From Rhodospirillales bacterium (GTDB lineage: Bacteria; Pseudomonadota; Alphaproteobacteria; Rhodospirillales; UBA2165), in the NCBI GenBank assembly GCA_965213765.1, contig OZ243926.1:2626971-2690970 (forward strand): a stretch of DNA of 64,000 bases. Direction: 5' to 3'. The notes beneath the pieces are model-generated. The model saw only the letters and a list, made by a program, of their open reading frames with translations, did no database searches and was not told the DNA's origin. The stretch's first letter is position 1, and each line of letters begins with the position of its first letter. A program made the translations under genes and the position numbers. Below are positions 28,676 through 36,926 of this stretch, piece after piece.

Positions 28676-29326
28676 TCAGGCAGCCGCGGCGTCCGCTTCC
28701 CGGCGCTTGCGTTTTCCGTCCCGCCGCAGCTTGACAACATAGCGGTAGGCCAGGAGAACGAAAATAATGCTGCCGTAGACGATGGGCCGCGAAAAGTCCG
28801 CACGGATCATCATATAGAAATGCACGACGCCCAAAATGGCGATGGGATAGATCAGCCAGTGAAGGCGGGTCCACGCCCTTCCTCCCATGCGCTTGATCAT
28901 GCCCTTGGTGGAGGTCGCGGCGAGCGCCGCCATGGCGGTAAACGCGATGATGCCGACGGTTATGAACGGGCGTTTCACCACGTCTTTCACGAACTCGGCG
29001 AAGTCGAGCTGCAGGTTGAGCCCCACATAGCTGGATACATGCAGCACGCCGTAGAAGAAGGCGAACAGTCCGAGCATGCGCCGGTACGCGATCAGTTCCC
29101 GCTTTTTCACGATGTCGGCCAAGGGCCGCACGGAAAGGGTAATGATGATGAAGATCAGCGTCCAGTCGCCCAACTCCCGGTCGAATTTCTGGACCGGATC
29201 GTCGGTCAGCAGCCGGGTGCCGAGCACCGTGTCGGAGTAGAGCGCATACAGCAGGTAAGCAAACGGCAGCAGGCTGGCGATGAACACCAGCGGCTTGAAA
29301 ATTCGCCGCGATGTCTTGGTATTCAT
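28676..29326 (-). CDS. msrQ: protein-methionine-sulfoxide reductase heme-binding subunit
   Basis: A polytopic 216-aa membrane protein immediately downstream of msrP, with YedZ-like His-containing helices. Confidence 0.8.
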   Translation of the reverse strand: MNTKTSRRIFKPLVFIASLLPFAYLLYALYSDTVLGTRLLTDDPVQKFDRELGDWTLIFIIITLSVRPLADIVKKRELIAYRRMLGLFAFFYGVLHVSSYVGLNLQLDFAEFVKDVVKRPFITVGIIAFTAMAALAATSTKGMIKRMGGRAWTRLHWLIYPIAILGVVHFYMMIRADFSRPIVYGSIIFVLLAYRYVVKLRRDGKRKRREADAAAA

Positions 29327-29336
29327 AAGGCGGCGC

Positions 29337-30302
29337 CTAGAAGTTCCTGATCAGGTCCATTCCAGTGTAGAGACCGGCGACGTCGTCATAGCCGTTAAAC
29401 ATCTTGGTCTCGATCTTGGGAGCAATGAGCGCCTTGAAGCCGCCTTCACCGGTAATCCGCCGCTCGCGCGCCTGACTCCAGCGGGGATGATCCCGGGTTG
29501 GATTGACGTTGGAATAGAAGCCGTATTCTCCCGGCGCCTGGATGTTCCAGGTCGTCGGCGGCTGTTCCTCGACGAAGTTGATCCTGACGATGGATTTGAT
29601 GCTCTTGAAGCCGTACTTCCACGGCACCACGAGACGGATGGGCGCACCGTTCTGATTGGGCATGACATCGCCGTAGATGCCCACCGCCAATATGGTCAGC
29701 GGGTGCATCGCCTCGTCCATGCGCAGTCCTTCCACATAGGGCCAATCCAGGGTCGGGAGTTTCTGCTTCGGCATCTGCTCCGTATCGACCAGCGTCTCGA
29801 AGGCGACATATTTTGCTTTCGAGGTGGGCTCAAACCGCTTGATCAGGTCTCCCAGGGGGAAGCCGACCCAGGGGATCACCATGGACCAGGCCTCGACGCA
29901 GCGCAGCCGGTAGATGCGCTCCTCCAACTCGTGAGGCTTCAGGATGTCATCCAGGTCGAAGGTGCCGGTCTTGGCCGCATGCCCGGCGATTTCCACCGAC
30001 CAGGGCCGGGGCTTCAGCGTATGGGCGTTTTTTTTGGGATCGGTCTTGCCGGTGCCGAATTCATAGAAATTGTTGTGCGAGGCAATTCCGTCCAGGGTCG
30101 TCGGCTTTTCCAGCGTCTGGAATTGCGGATTCTTCTTCAGGTTCGCAAACGCCGCCCGGGCATCATTGGGAAATGCGGGCAGAAGCGCGGTTCCCCCGGC
30201 CGCCGCCGCGGCTGCCATGAAGGAACGCCGGTTAAGGAACAATTCCTTCGGCGTCACTTCCGATTCATGGGTGTCGGATGCTTTCTTGAATTTGATCAGC
30301 AT
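29337..30302 (-). CDS. msrP: protein-methionine-sulfoxide reductase catalytic (molybdopterin) subunit
   Basis: Tat-type signal (..[18 protein letters not shown]..) and a YedY-like oxidoreductase body (..FYEFGT.. ..[14 protein letters not shown]..). Confidence 0.9.
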   Translation of the reverse strand: MLIKFKKASDTHESEVTPKELFLNRRSFMAAAAAAGGTALLPAFPNDARAAFANLKKNPQFQTLEKPTTLDGIASHNNFYEFGTGKTDPKKNAHTLKPRPWSVEIAGHAAKTGTFDLDDILKPHELEERIYRLRCVEAWSMVIPWVGFPLGDLIKRFEPTSKAKYVAFETLVDTEQMPKQKLPTLDWPYVEGLRMDEAMHPLTILAVGIYGDVMPNQNGAPIRLVVPWKYGFKSIKSIVRINFVEEQPPTTWNIQAPGEYGFYSNVNPTRDHPRWSQARERRITGEGGFKALIAPKIETKMFNGYDDVAGLYTGMDLIRNF

Positions 30303-30489
30303 TTGCCGGTCTCCTGCTGGGCGGATGTCGATTACGCCCCATAAATAGTCTTCGGATTGAATTATTCCACGTCAAATCCGGCAATTCGATAAAATTTGCC
30401 GTGAGTTACGAAATTGTAATCTGCCGGAAAGGCCGCCTGTTCTTCCACCCTATCGCAACCGACCGGCATGAGGACGGCGGACTGAATGC

Positions 30490-30645
30490 CGTAGCCGGGT
30501 GAGGAGGAGTTTCCGTATCACCCTCACCCCGACCCTCTCCCTCAGAGAGGGAGAGGGAGTAGTCGCCGTTGCCGCATCGTGTCCCCTCGCCCCCGTCAGG
30601 GGGAGAGGGCGCAAAAAGGAGAATCCCCTAATCGGGTCCGGACCC
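30490..30645 (+). repeat. GTCCGGAC-TIR mosaic element, copy R5 (right half: HP2, hairpin, right TIR)
   Basis: Collinear with the right half of R4. It ends ..aaaaaggagaatcccctaatcgggtccggaccc, followed by TA that forms part of the polA stop codon. The left boundary is approximate. Confidence 0.75.
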
Positions 30646-33512
30646 TAGTGCGCTTCGTCCCAGTTCCCGCCGAAGCCGGTGTCCACGGTCAGGGGAACGT
30701 CGAGGGCCGCCACCCCTTCCATTACCGATTTGGCGAGTTCGGCAGTGGCGTCGAGCTCCATTTCGGGCACGTCGAAGATAAGCTCGTCGTGCACCTGCAA
30801 CAACATCCTGGCGCCCAGCCCGGCCTTTTTCAGCGCCGCCGGCATTCGGATCATTGCCCGCTTGATGATGTCGGCGGCGCCGCCCTGGAGGGGTGCGTTG
30901 ATGGCGGCCCGCTCGGCAAAGCTCCGGTGCGACGGATTGCCGTCCTTGATGCCGGGCGTGTAGCATTTGCGGCCGAACAGGGTTGTCACATAGCCCTGTT
31001 CCCGGGCCATTTCCTTTGTCCGGTCCATATAGTCCCTGATGCCGGGATAACGCTCGAAGTAGGCGTCGATATAAGCCTTGGCGTCGCCGCGGGAAATGGC
31101 AAGCTGGCGGGCGAGGCCGAATGCCGAGATCCCGTAGATGATCCCGAAATTGATCGCCTTGGCCTGACGCCGGATCATCGGGTCCATCCCCTCGATGGGC
31201 ACGCCGAATACCTGACTGGCGGTCAGGGCGTGGATGTCCATGCCTTCCTTGAACGCATCTTTGAGCACATCGATCCCGGCCACATGCGCCAACAGCCTGA
31301 GCTCGATCTGCGAGTAGTCGGCGCTCAACAGCACGCACCCGTCCGATGGGACAAATGCCTGACGGATCTTGCGTCCCTCCTCGGTGCGCACGGGAATGTT
31401 CTGGAGGTTGGGGTCGTTCGAGCTGAGCCGTCCGGTCGACGCGATGGCCTGTCCATAGGTGGTGTGCACCCGGCCGGTCTCCGGGTTGATTTGCCCGACC
31501 AGGGTGTCGGTATAAGTGCTCTTGAGCTTGGCGAGCTGCCGCCAGTCGAGCACCCGGGCGGGCAATTCGTGGCCCTCGGCGGCGAAACCCTCCAGCACAT
31601 CGGCGCCGGTGCCGTAGGCCCCGGTCTTGGTTTTCTTGCCGCCCTCGAGACCCATTTCGTCAAACAGGATCTCACCCAGTTGCTTGGGGGAGCCGATATT
31701 GAATTCGTGGCCCGCCAGCTTGTGGATTTCGGTCTCCAAATCGCCGAGACGTTTCTCGAAATCCCTGGACAGCTTCTGCAACACCCCGGCGTCGGCGCGG
31801 ATGCCGGTGCGCTCCATATCGGTCAACACGCCGATCAGCGGCCTTTCCAGGGTCTCATAGACGCTCACCATGCGGTCGGACACCAGCCTTGGACGGAGCA
31901 GACGATGGAGCCGGCCGGTGATGTCCGCATCTTCCGCCGCATAGTCCAACGCCTTGTCGAGCGGCACCTTGTCGAAAGTCACTTGCGATTTGCCCGACCC
32001 GGCCACGTCCTTGAACTTGATGGTCCGGTGGGAGAAATGCAGCTCCGCCAGCTCGTCCATGCCGTGGCCGTGAAGGCCGCCCTCGAGCACGTAGGACAGA
32101 ATCATCGTGTCGTCGAACGGCCCGACCTCGACGCCGTATCGGGCGAAGATTTCATTGTCGTATTTGATGTTGTGCCCGACCTTGAGGACCGCCGGGTCCT
32201 CGAGCAGGGGCTTCAACAGTTCGACCGCCCTGTCCCGCGAAATCTGCGGCACGTTCTCAGTGGTTTGGTTTTCACCGCCATCCAGATCGAGGGTGGCCTG
32301 CTCCTCGCCCGCCACATGAGCGACCGGGATGTAGCACGCCCTGTTCGGGCCCAGGGAGAGAGAGACGCCTACCAGTTCCGCCTGCATCGAATTGAGCGAG
32401 GTGGTCTCCGTGTCGACGGCGAAGCTCCCCTGTGCCGCCGCCTCCCTGATCCAGACCTTGAGCCGGTCCTCGGATTGAACCAGTTCGTATCCGTCGGCGA
32501 TTTCGGACGGCTTGGACGGCTTTTTCCTCGACTTCGACGCTTGTTCCGCCGGCGCCGGCGCCTCGGGACTTGCCTCGGGACTTGCCTCTGGACTTGCCTG
32601 GGGCTTCTTGTCCGGGATTGCGTCCGGATCGCCCCCGTATTGCTTGACCAGCGACTTGAATTCCTGCGCCGCCAGGAAATCCAGGAACTTGCCGGGATCC
32701 GGCTCCCGCAATGCGAAATCCGACAACGGCACCTCAACCGGAACGTCGGTCTTCAAGGTGACCAATTCGCGCGACATGCGGGCGTCGTCGGCGCCGTCGA
32801 TGAGAGATTGGCGCCGCTTGGGCTGTTTGATCTCCCCGGCATGCGACAGGATGTCATCCAGCCCGCCATATTCCCCGACCAACTGCGCCGCCGTCTTGAC
32901 GCCTATCCCCGGCACGCCGGGCACATTGTCCGTCGAATCGCCGGCCAGCGCCTGCACGTCGATGACCCGTTCGGGACCGACGCCGAACTTCTCGATCACC
33001 TGTTCGCGGCCGATCCGGACATTTTTCATGGCATCGAACATGGTGATCCGGCCGTCGACCAGTTGCATGAGATCCTTGTCGGATGAAACGATGGTAACCT
33101 CGGCGCCCGCATCCGCCGCCTGGCGGGCATAGGTCGCGATCAGGTCATCCGCCTCGTAACCCGGCAATTCGACGGCCGGCACATTGAGCGCTTCGGTGGC
33201 CTCCCGGACCAAGGCGAATTGCGGGATCAAATCCTCGGGCGGCGGCGGCCGATGGGCCTTGTAGTCGGCGTAGATCTCGTTGCGGAAGCTCTTGCGGGAG
33301 GTATCGAATACGACGGCGATATGATCGGCTTCCGTATCGTCGACCAGCTTGCGCAGCATCCGCGTGTAGATATAGACCGCATTGGTCGGCGTGCCGTCCG
33401 AGCGGGTCATGACGCTGCTCGACACGCCCCTTGCGAAGAAGGCGCGGAAAATAAACCCCGATCCGTCGATCAGGAAGAGATGCCTGACGGAAGCTGTCTC
33501 TGCTTCAGCCAC
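30645..33512 (-). CDS. polA: DNA polymerase I
   Basis: 5'-nuclease N-terminus (..HLFLIDGSGFIFRAFF..) and Pol A motifs (..DYSQIELR.. ..QVHDEL..). The start is set at a GTG overlapping the upstream gene's TAG. I rejected the roughly 96-codon Arg-rich extension in the track. Confidence 0.95.
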   Translation of the reverse strand: MAEAETASVRHLFLIDGSGFIFRAFFARGVSSSVMTRSDGTPTNAVYIYTRMLRKLVDDTEADHIAVVFDTSRKSFRNEIYADYKAHRPPPPEDLIPQFALVREATEALNVPAVELPGYEADDLIATYARQAADAGAEVTIVSSDKDLMQLVDGRITMFDAMKNVRIGREQVIEKFGVGPERVIDVQALAGDSTDNVPGVPGIGVKTAAQLVGEYGGLDDILSHAGEIKQPKRRQSLIDGADDARMSRELVTLKTDVPVEVPLSDFALREPDPGKFLDFLAAQEFKSLVKQYGGDPDAIPDKKPQASPEASPEASPEAPAPAEQASKSRKKPSKPSEIADGYELVQSEDRLKVWIREAAAQGSFAVDTETTSLNSMQAELVGVSLSLGPNRACYIPVAHVAGEEQATLDLDGGENQTTENVPQISRDRAVELLKPLLEDPAVLKVGHNIKYDNEIFARYGVEVGPFDDTMILSYVLEGGLHGHGMDELAELHFSHRTIKFKDVAGSGKSQVTFDKVPLDKALDYAAEDADITGRLHRLLRPRLVSDRMVSVYETLERPLIGVLTDMERTGIRADAGVLQKLSRDFEKRLGDLETEIHKLAGHEFNIGSPKQLGEILFDEMGLEGGKKTKTGAYGTGADVLEGFAAEGHELPARVLDWRQLAKLKSTYTDTLVGQINPETGRVHTTYGQAIASTGRLSSNDPNLQNIPVRTEEGRKIRQAFVPSDGCVLLSADYSQIELRLLAHVAGIDVLKDAFKEGMDIHALTASQVFGVPIEGMDPMIRRQAKAINFGIIYGISAFGLARQLAISRGDAKAYIDAYFERYPGIRDYMDRTKEMAREQGYVTTLFGRKCYTPGIKDGNPSHRSFAERAAINAPLQGGAADIIKRAMIRMPAALKKAGLGARMLLQVHDELIFDVPEMELDATAELAKSVMEGVAALDVPLTVDTGFGGNWDEAH

Positions 33513-33697
33513 TAATCGCCCGCCGGGTTCCCGGCGCCCTCGGCAAGAACGAAGGTCCGGCTGCAATAGGGACAGACGACCCGGCCCCCGTCCATCGTCA
33601 GGAAGACGCGGGGATGGCCCAGCGGTCCGCCGCCGCCGTCGCAGGCGACGTTGGCCGATGTCACTATGATGGGTTTTTCGATATCGTCGGTTTCCAC
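33512..33697 (-). CDS. small zinc-finger (CHCC-type) domain protein
   Basis: 61 aa. ..VACDGGGGPLGHPRVFL..VVCPYCSRTF.. Recollection places this small conserved protein upstream of polA in Alphaproteobacteria. Confidence 0.6.
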   Translation of the reverse strand: METDDIEKPIIVTSANVACDGGGGPLGHPRVFLTMDGGRVVCPYCSRTFVLAEGAGNPAGD

Positions 33698-33866
33698 GGC
33701 CGCCTCCCGGGAGCCGGCGGTCCGCGCCGGTCCGCCAAATGAAGTGCGTGCACTCCCCTAATCGGCGTGCGAATGATACCCCATGACGGCCGAGTTTCAA
33801 CTGCGTCCCCGCCTGTCCGGCGCGCGGCCGCTAATCCCGAATCCGAACGGGACATGAGCGGCGGCG

Positions 33867-34901
33867 ATGGGCGCGCGGCCGGCCGGATACGTCGTGGTTG
33901 CGGTTCTCCTGCTCGGCGCGTGCGCCCCCCGGTTCGTCCCGCCGGGTCCGCCGCGGGATGAACCGCGGCTGACGGAAAGCCATGCGGTCATGGCGGACGG
34001 CGCCCAACTGCCGCTCCGGTCCTGGCCGGTGAAAGGCGACGGGCGGGCGGTCCTGCTGGCGCTCCACGGGTTCAACGACCACGGCGAGTTCATCGACGCG
34101 GCCGCCGGGCATTTCGGCAAAGCGGGCATCAAGGTCTACGCCTACGACCAGCGCGGTTTCGGGAATGCGCCCGCGCGCGGCCGATGGGCGGGGATCGCGG
34201 CCCTGACCGACGACCTTCGGACGGTCGCCGGACTGCTGCGCCGGCGCCATGCCGACTTACCGCTATTCGTCCTCGGCCCGAGCATGGGGGGCGCCGTAAT
34301 CATGGCGGCGCAGGCCGAAAAACCGATCCCCGGGGTAAAGGGAGCCATTCTGGCCGGCCCCGCCGTTTGGGGGCGCGCCACGATGCCGTTTTACCAGCGC
34401 TGGGCCCTGTGGCTCAGCGCCCACACGGTCCCGTGGCTCACGCTCACCGGGCGCGGGATAAGCCGCAATCCGTCCGACAACAAGGAGATGCTTCGAGCCC
34501 TGGGGCGCGACCCGCTGGTCATAAAGGAAACCCGGATCGACGCCATTTACGGGTTGGCCGGCCTGATGGATCGCGCGTTCGCCTCGGCGCCCGGCTATCG
34601 GGCGCCGGCGCTGCTTCTCTACGGCGACAACGACGACATTATTCCGAACGAGGCGATGGAGCGCGTCTTCGAGCGGCTGCCGGAATCCGCCTCGGCGGTG
34701 CAGAGGATCGTACGCTACCCGGACGGCTATCATATGCTGCTGCGTGATCTGCAGGCGGAAACCGTGTGGAAGGATATCGTGGCCTGGATGGCCGATCCGG
34801 CCGCCGGCCTGCCCTCCGGTTTGGGCGCGCCGCCCCGGCGCTTTACGGCCCCAGGCGCTTCGGGTAATGTGCGCGCCCTCCACGACATTGGGCGCCCGTA
34901 G
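33867..34901 (+). CDS. alpha/beta hydrolase (lysophospholipase/monoglyceride-lipase-like), probable lipoprotein
   Basis: Lipobox-like LLLGAC, the patterns ..[10 protein letters not shown].. and ..GPSMGG.. (nucleophile elbow), and C-terminal ..GYHMLL... The last 10 nt, including the TAG, overlap the tRNA. Confidence 0.75.
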   Translation: MGARPAGYVVVAVLLLGACAPRFVPPGPPRDEPRLTESHAVMADGAQLPLRSWPVKGDGRAVLLALHGFNDHGEFIDAAAGHFGKAGIKVYAYDQRGFGNAPARGRWAGIAALTDDLRTVAGLLRRRHADLPLFVLGPSMGGAVIMAAQAEKPIPGVKGAILAGPAVWGRATMPFYQRWALWLSAHTVPWLTLTGRGISRNPSDNKEMLRALGRDPLVIKETRIDAIYGLAGLMDRAFASAPGYRAPALLLYGDNDDIIPNEAMERVFERLPESASAVQRIVRYPDGYHMLLRDLQAETVWKDIVAWMADPAAGLPSGLGAPPRRFTAPGASGNVRALHDIGRP

Positions 34902-34968
34902 CTCAGCTGGATAGAGTGTCGGCCTCCGAAGCCGAAGGTCACAGGTTCGAATCCTGTCGGGCGCGCCA
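34892..34968 (+). tRNA. tRNA-Arg (anticodon CCG)
   Basis: Manual fold: acceptor GCGCCCG/CGGGCGC, D-arm GCTC..GAGT, anticodon stem TCGGC/GCCGA with loop CTCCGAA, T-arm ACAGG-TTCGAAT-CCTGT, discriminator G, and an encoded CCA. Confidence 0.9.
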
Positions 34969-35350
34969 TTCCTTTCAATGGGTTGGAGCTTACGTCCTAC
35001 GGCGCCATTTATCGCCTGCCGCACGCTGGCCGTTAGGGTTGGACAACGGCAATAAATGACGCCCAAGCATCGTTTTTATCCCCATTGACCTTTGAGCAAA
35101 ATGGTTCCCAATCGAGGCTAGTCTGTTCCTCAAATGCATCAGAGAGATTGTCCAAAGCTGTGCTTACTCTGTCACAGGCAAGGTACGGCGTAAACGCAGG
35201 CTAGAGAAAGAGCTGGTAGCTTAGATTCAATAATTGGGGACGGTCCCAAGTTCGAGATCGTATGATTGGATTATTGGGACGCCTCTTCGGTTTTTTCCGG
35301 CAGGTATCCCACTTCCTCCCAATCTTCGGAACTGGGCCCGACGTGCTGCA

Positions 35351-36304
35351 TTAGATAGCCTCGTTTGCAAATCCCCTTAGCGACCGCCATCTTGTGATTC
35401 CGAATTTGGAGAGCGTCCGAAGAATCTCTGTCCTAGTACCGATCGACACATTTCTGTTTTGTTTTCCGAGAATTTCGGAGACCCCCCAGCCGAACCTATT
35501 GCTTCGCTGGAGTTGGACTACGGCCTCTTCTCTCCCATGCCAGACGTAATAGTAGCTATTGCCCTCTAGCACCCATTTGATTTCAGAATTTAGGCAGTTT
35601 CGGAAGCGTCGGGAAGCGGCATCCATCTCTTGGCCAGATTCCAAGGGTACTAATTCTGACGTCCCTGCCCAAGGAGGTGGCGGAAACGACGCGCGGCTGA
35701 TCAGCCGATCTAACCAGTCGGCCAAGTCAAATCCGTCAGATTTAGAGGCTTTCTTTAATGAGGCCTCCAGCTCATCATCAGTCAACTCGGGCCGTAATTC
35801 TCTGATCGATTTGACTGCCAAATTAAAAGTTTCATTGAAAGCTTCGATGCTCCCAGGTTTTACAGAGCGAATCGTATCGTAAGGGAGTTGGATTTGTGTG
35901 TCGCTAGTTGCGAGCAGCTTAATTAGGTTAGGCGAAATTGACGCCGCGTGTCGCAGATATTTGGAAGTCTTGTGATCGTGCAGCAATGAGAGTAGCTCAA
36001 GATAGCGCGCCCCGGCGCAGGGTCTCCTTCCCATTTTTCCGAGCGCGGTGATTGTCCCCGAAGGACAACTTCCGCATATGAGTCGAATTACGGATTGGCG
36101 CTTACCCGAGCGAAGCAGTCGGCCAAGCTCGGCCCACTCTTCCATCCACTTCTCTTGTTGCTCGGCATGCGCCACAATCAGGCATACATAGTGAAGGCCT
36201 GGTCGGCCCAGCCCCACCAGGAAATCGGCAAATTGGGGATCGGCGTCACAAATTTTTTTCAGTGTGACGCTCAATCCACCAAATTGCGTTAGAACGGCGC
36301 TCAT
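35351..36304 (-). CDS. hypothetical protein (317 aa); the C-terminal ~90 aa resemble a PcfJ-like module
   Basis: The ATG overlaps the upstream stop (ATGA). No recognisable catalytic motif. The C-terminus ..LVPLESGQEMDAASRRFRNCLNSEIKWVLEGNSYYYVW..VVQLQ..WGVSEILGKQNRNVS.. matches the remembered PcfJ pattern (EG..M.HCV..G...T.E...Q.RG.N) only loosely. Confidence 0.6.
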   Translation of the reverse strand: MSAVLTQFGGLSVTLKKICDADPQFADFLVGLGRPGLHYVCLIVAHAEQQEKWMEEWAELGRLLRSGKRQSVIRLICGSCPSGTITALGKMGRRPCAGARYLELLSLLHDHKTSKYLRHAASISPNLIKLLATSDTQIQLPYDTIRSVKPGSIEAFNETFNLAVKSIRELRPELTDDELEASLKKASKSDGFDLADWLDRLISRASFPPPPWAGTSELVPLESGQEMDAASRRFRNCLNSEIKWVLEGNSYYYVWHGREEAVVQLQRSNRFGWGVSEILGKQNRNVSIGTRTEILRTLSKFGITRWRSLRGFANEAI

Positions 36305-36786
36305 TTCTTATCCAACACTGCGCGGAATGCATCCCGCGTCTCTTGAGTAAGTTCGACTTTCCAATCTTTCAGTGTTTCACCATCGTCGCCGTAAATGCCC
36401 TCTTCGTCCCAATCAATCAGATAGCTGTCAGGGTTTCCTGTGATTGTGCGAGTCCGCCGCGTTATTCCGGACCACAGGGTGTGATGGACTTTGTCCACAT
36501 CGACATTGAGTTCAGCAGCGACATCTTTCAGGCGGAAAAAACGATCCGGCCCTCTAGTGGCCGCGTTTAGCGCGGCACGTGTCTTCGGACTACACCCCTT
36601 CAGAAAGTCCCGGGCATTTGCCTCAGAAAACTTGACGAAATTTTCGTCTCCTTGAGGCTGCTTGCTGGGGTGTGACAATGTCTCTTCGTTGTTGGTTCCG
36701 ACCTCACTCAGCAAGTTGATCACCTTCATGCTCTGGTCCGCCGAAAGCCCCTCGATAAGCATGCTAAAGCGAATTTCTTCACTCAC
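36301..36786 (-). CDS. hypothetical acidic protein (161 aa), possible HTH-containing partner
   Basis: GTG start with AAGGAG 6 nt upstream. The central segment ..FFRLKDVAAELNVDVDKVHHTLWSGITRRTR.. looks like a helix-turn-helix or winged helix. I recognised no family. Confidence 0.55.
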   Translation of the reverse strand: MSEEIRFSMLIEGLSADQSMKVINLLSEVGTNNEETLSHPSKQPQGDENFVKFSEANARDFLKGCSPKTRAALNAATRGPDRFFRLKDVAAELNVDVDKVHHTLWSGITRRTRTITGNPDSYLIDWDEEGIYGDDGETLKDWKVELTQETRDAFRAVLDKK

Positions 36787-36821
36787 AATTCTCTCCTTGA
36801 TGCTGAAAGTTGATTCACCGC

Positions 36822-36851
36822 ATCATAGGCTAAATTCTGGAGAGAAGTCAA
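36822..36851 (-). promoter_or_regulatory. sigma70-like promoter candidate for the islet operon
   Basis: The minus strand reads TTGACT, an 18-nt spacer, then TATGAT. The -10 element lies about 35 nt upstream of the GTG at 36786. Confidence 0.45.
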
Positions 36852-36926
36852 TTATAAACACAGTGAAATATGATGAAATATTGTTATTCACCATTCTTTC
36901 ATCCATAGCGAACGGCGGAACCAGGC

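Larger units (their letters stand above)
34969..36901. other. low-G+C islet abutting the tRNA-Arg 3' end (possible decayed or minimal integrative element)
   Basis: The sequence becomes visibly AT-rich at the tRNA CCA and returns to GC-rich near 36905; this was judged by eye and not computed. CCATTCCTTTCA (34966-34977) recurs as CCATTCTTTCA (36891-36901). No recombinase ORF is present. Confidence 0.6.

Noticed and set aside
33513-33800. N-terminal extensions of polA (to 33800), acyl-CoA dehydrogenase (to 41631), ahcY (to 19763), rapZ (to 21584), trpB (1996), trpF (1253), the FAH gene (43339) and Ada-like (45647)
   Set aside because: The extensions are low-complexity, run through repeats or neighbouring genes, and precede the point where family homology starts. 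Internal starts with an RBS or stop-start overlaps fit better.
34969-35350. Integrase pseudogene remnant between the tRNA and islet gene B
   Set aside because: Manual six-frame reading gave only short ORFs. The longest is about 50 codons on the minus strand (..DNLSDAFEEQTSLDWEPFCSKVNGDKNDAWASFIAVVQP*). None shows tyrosine- or serine-recombinase motifs.
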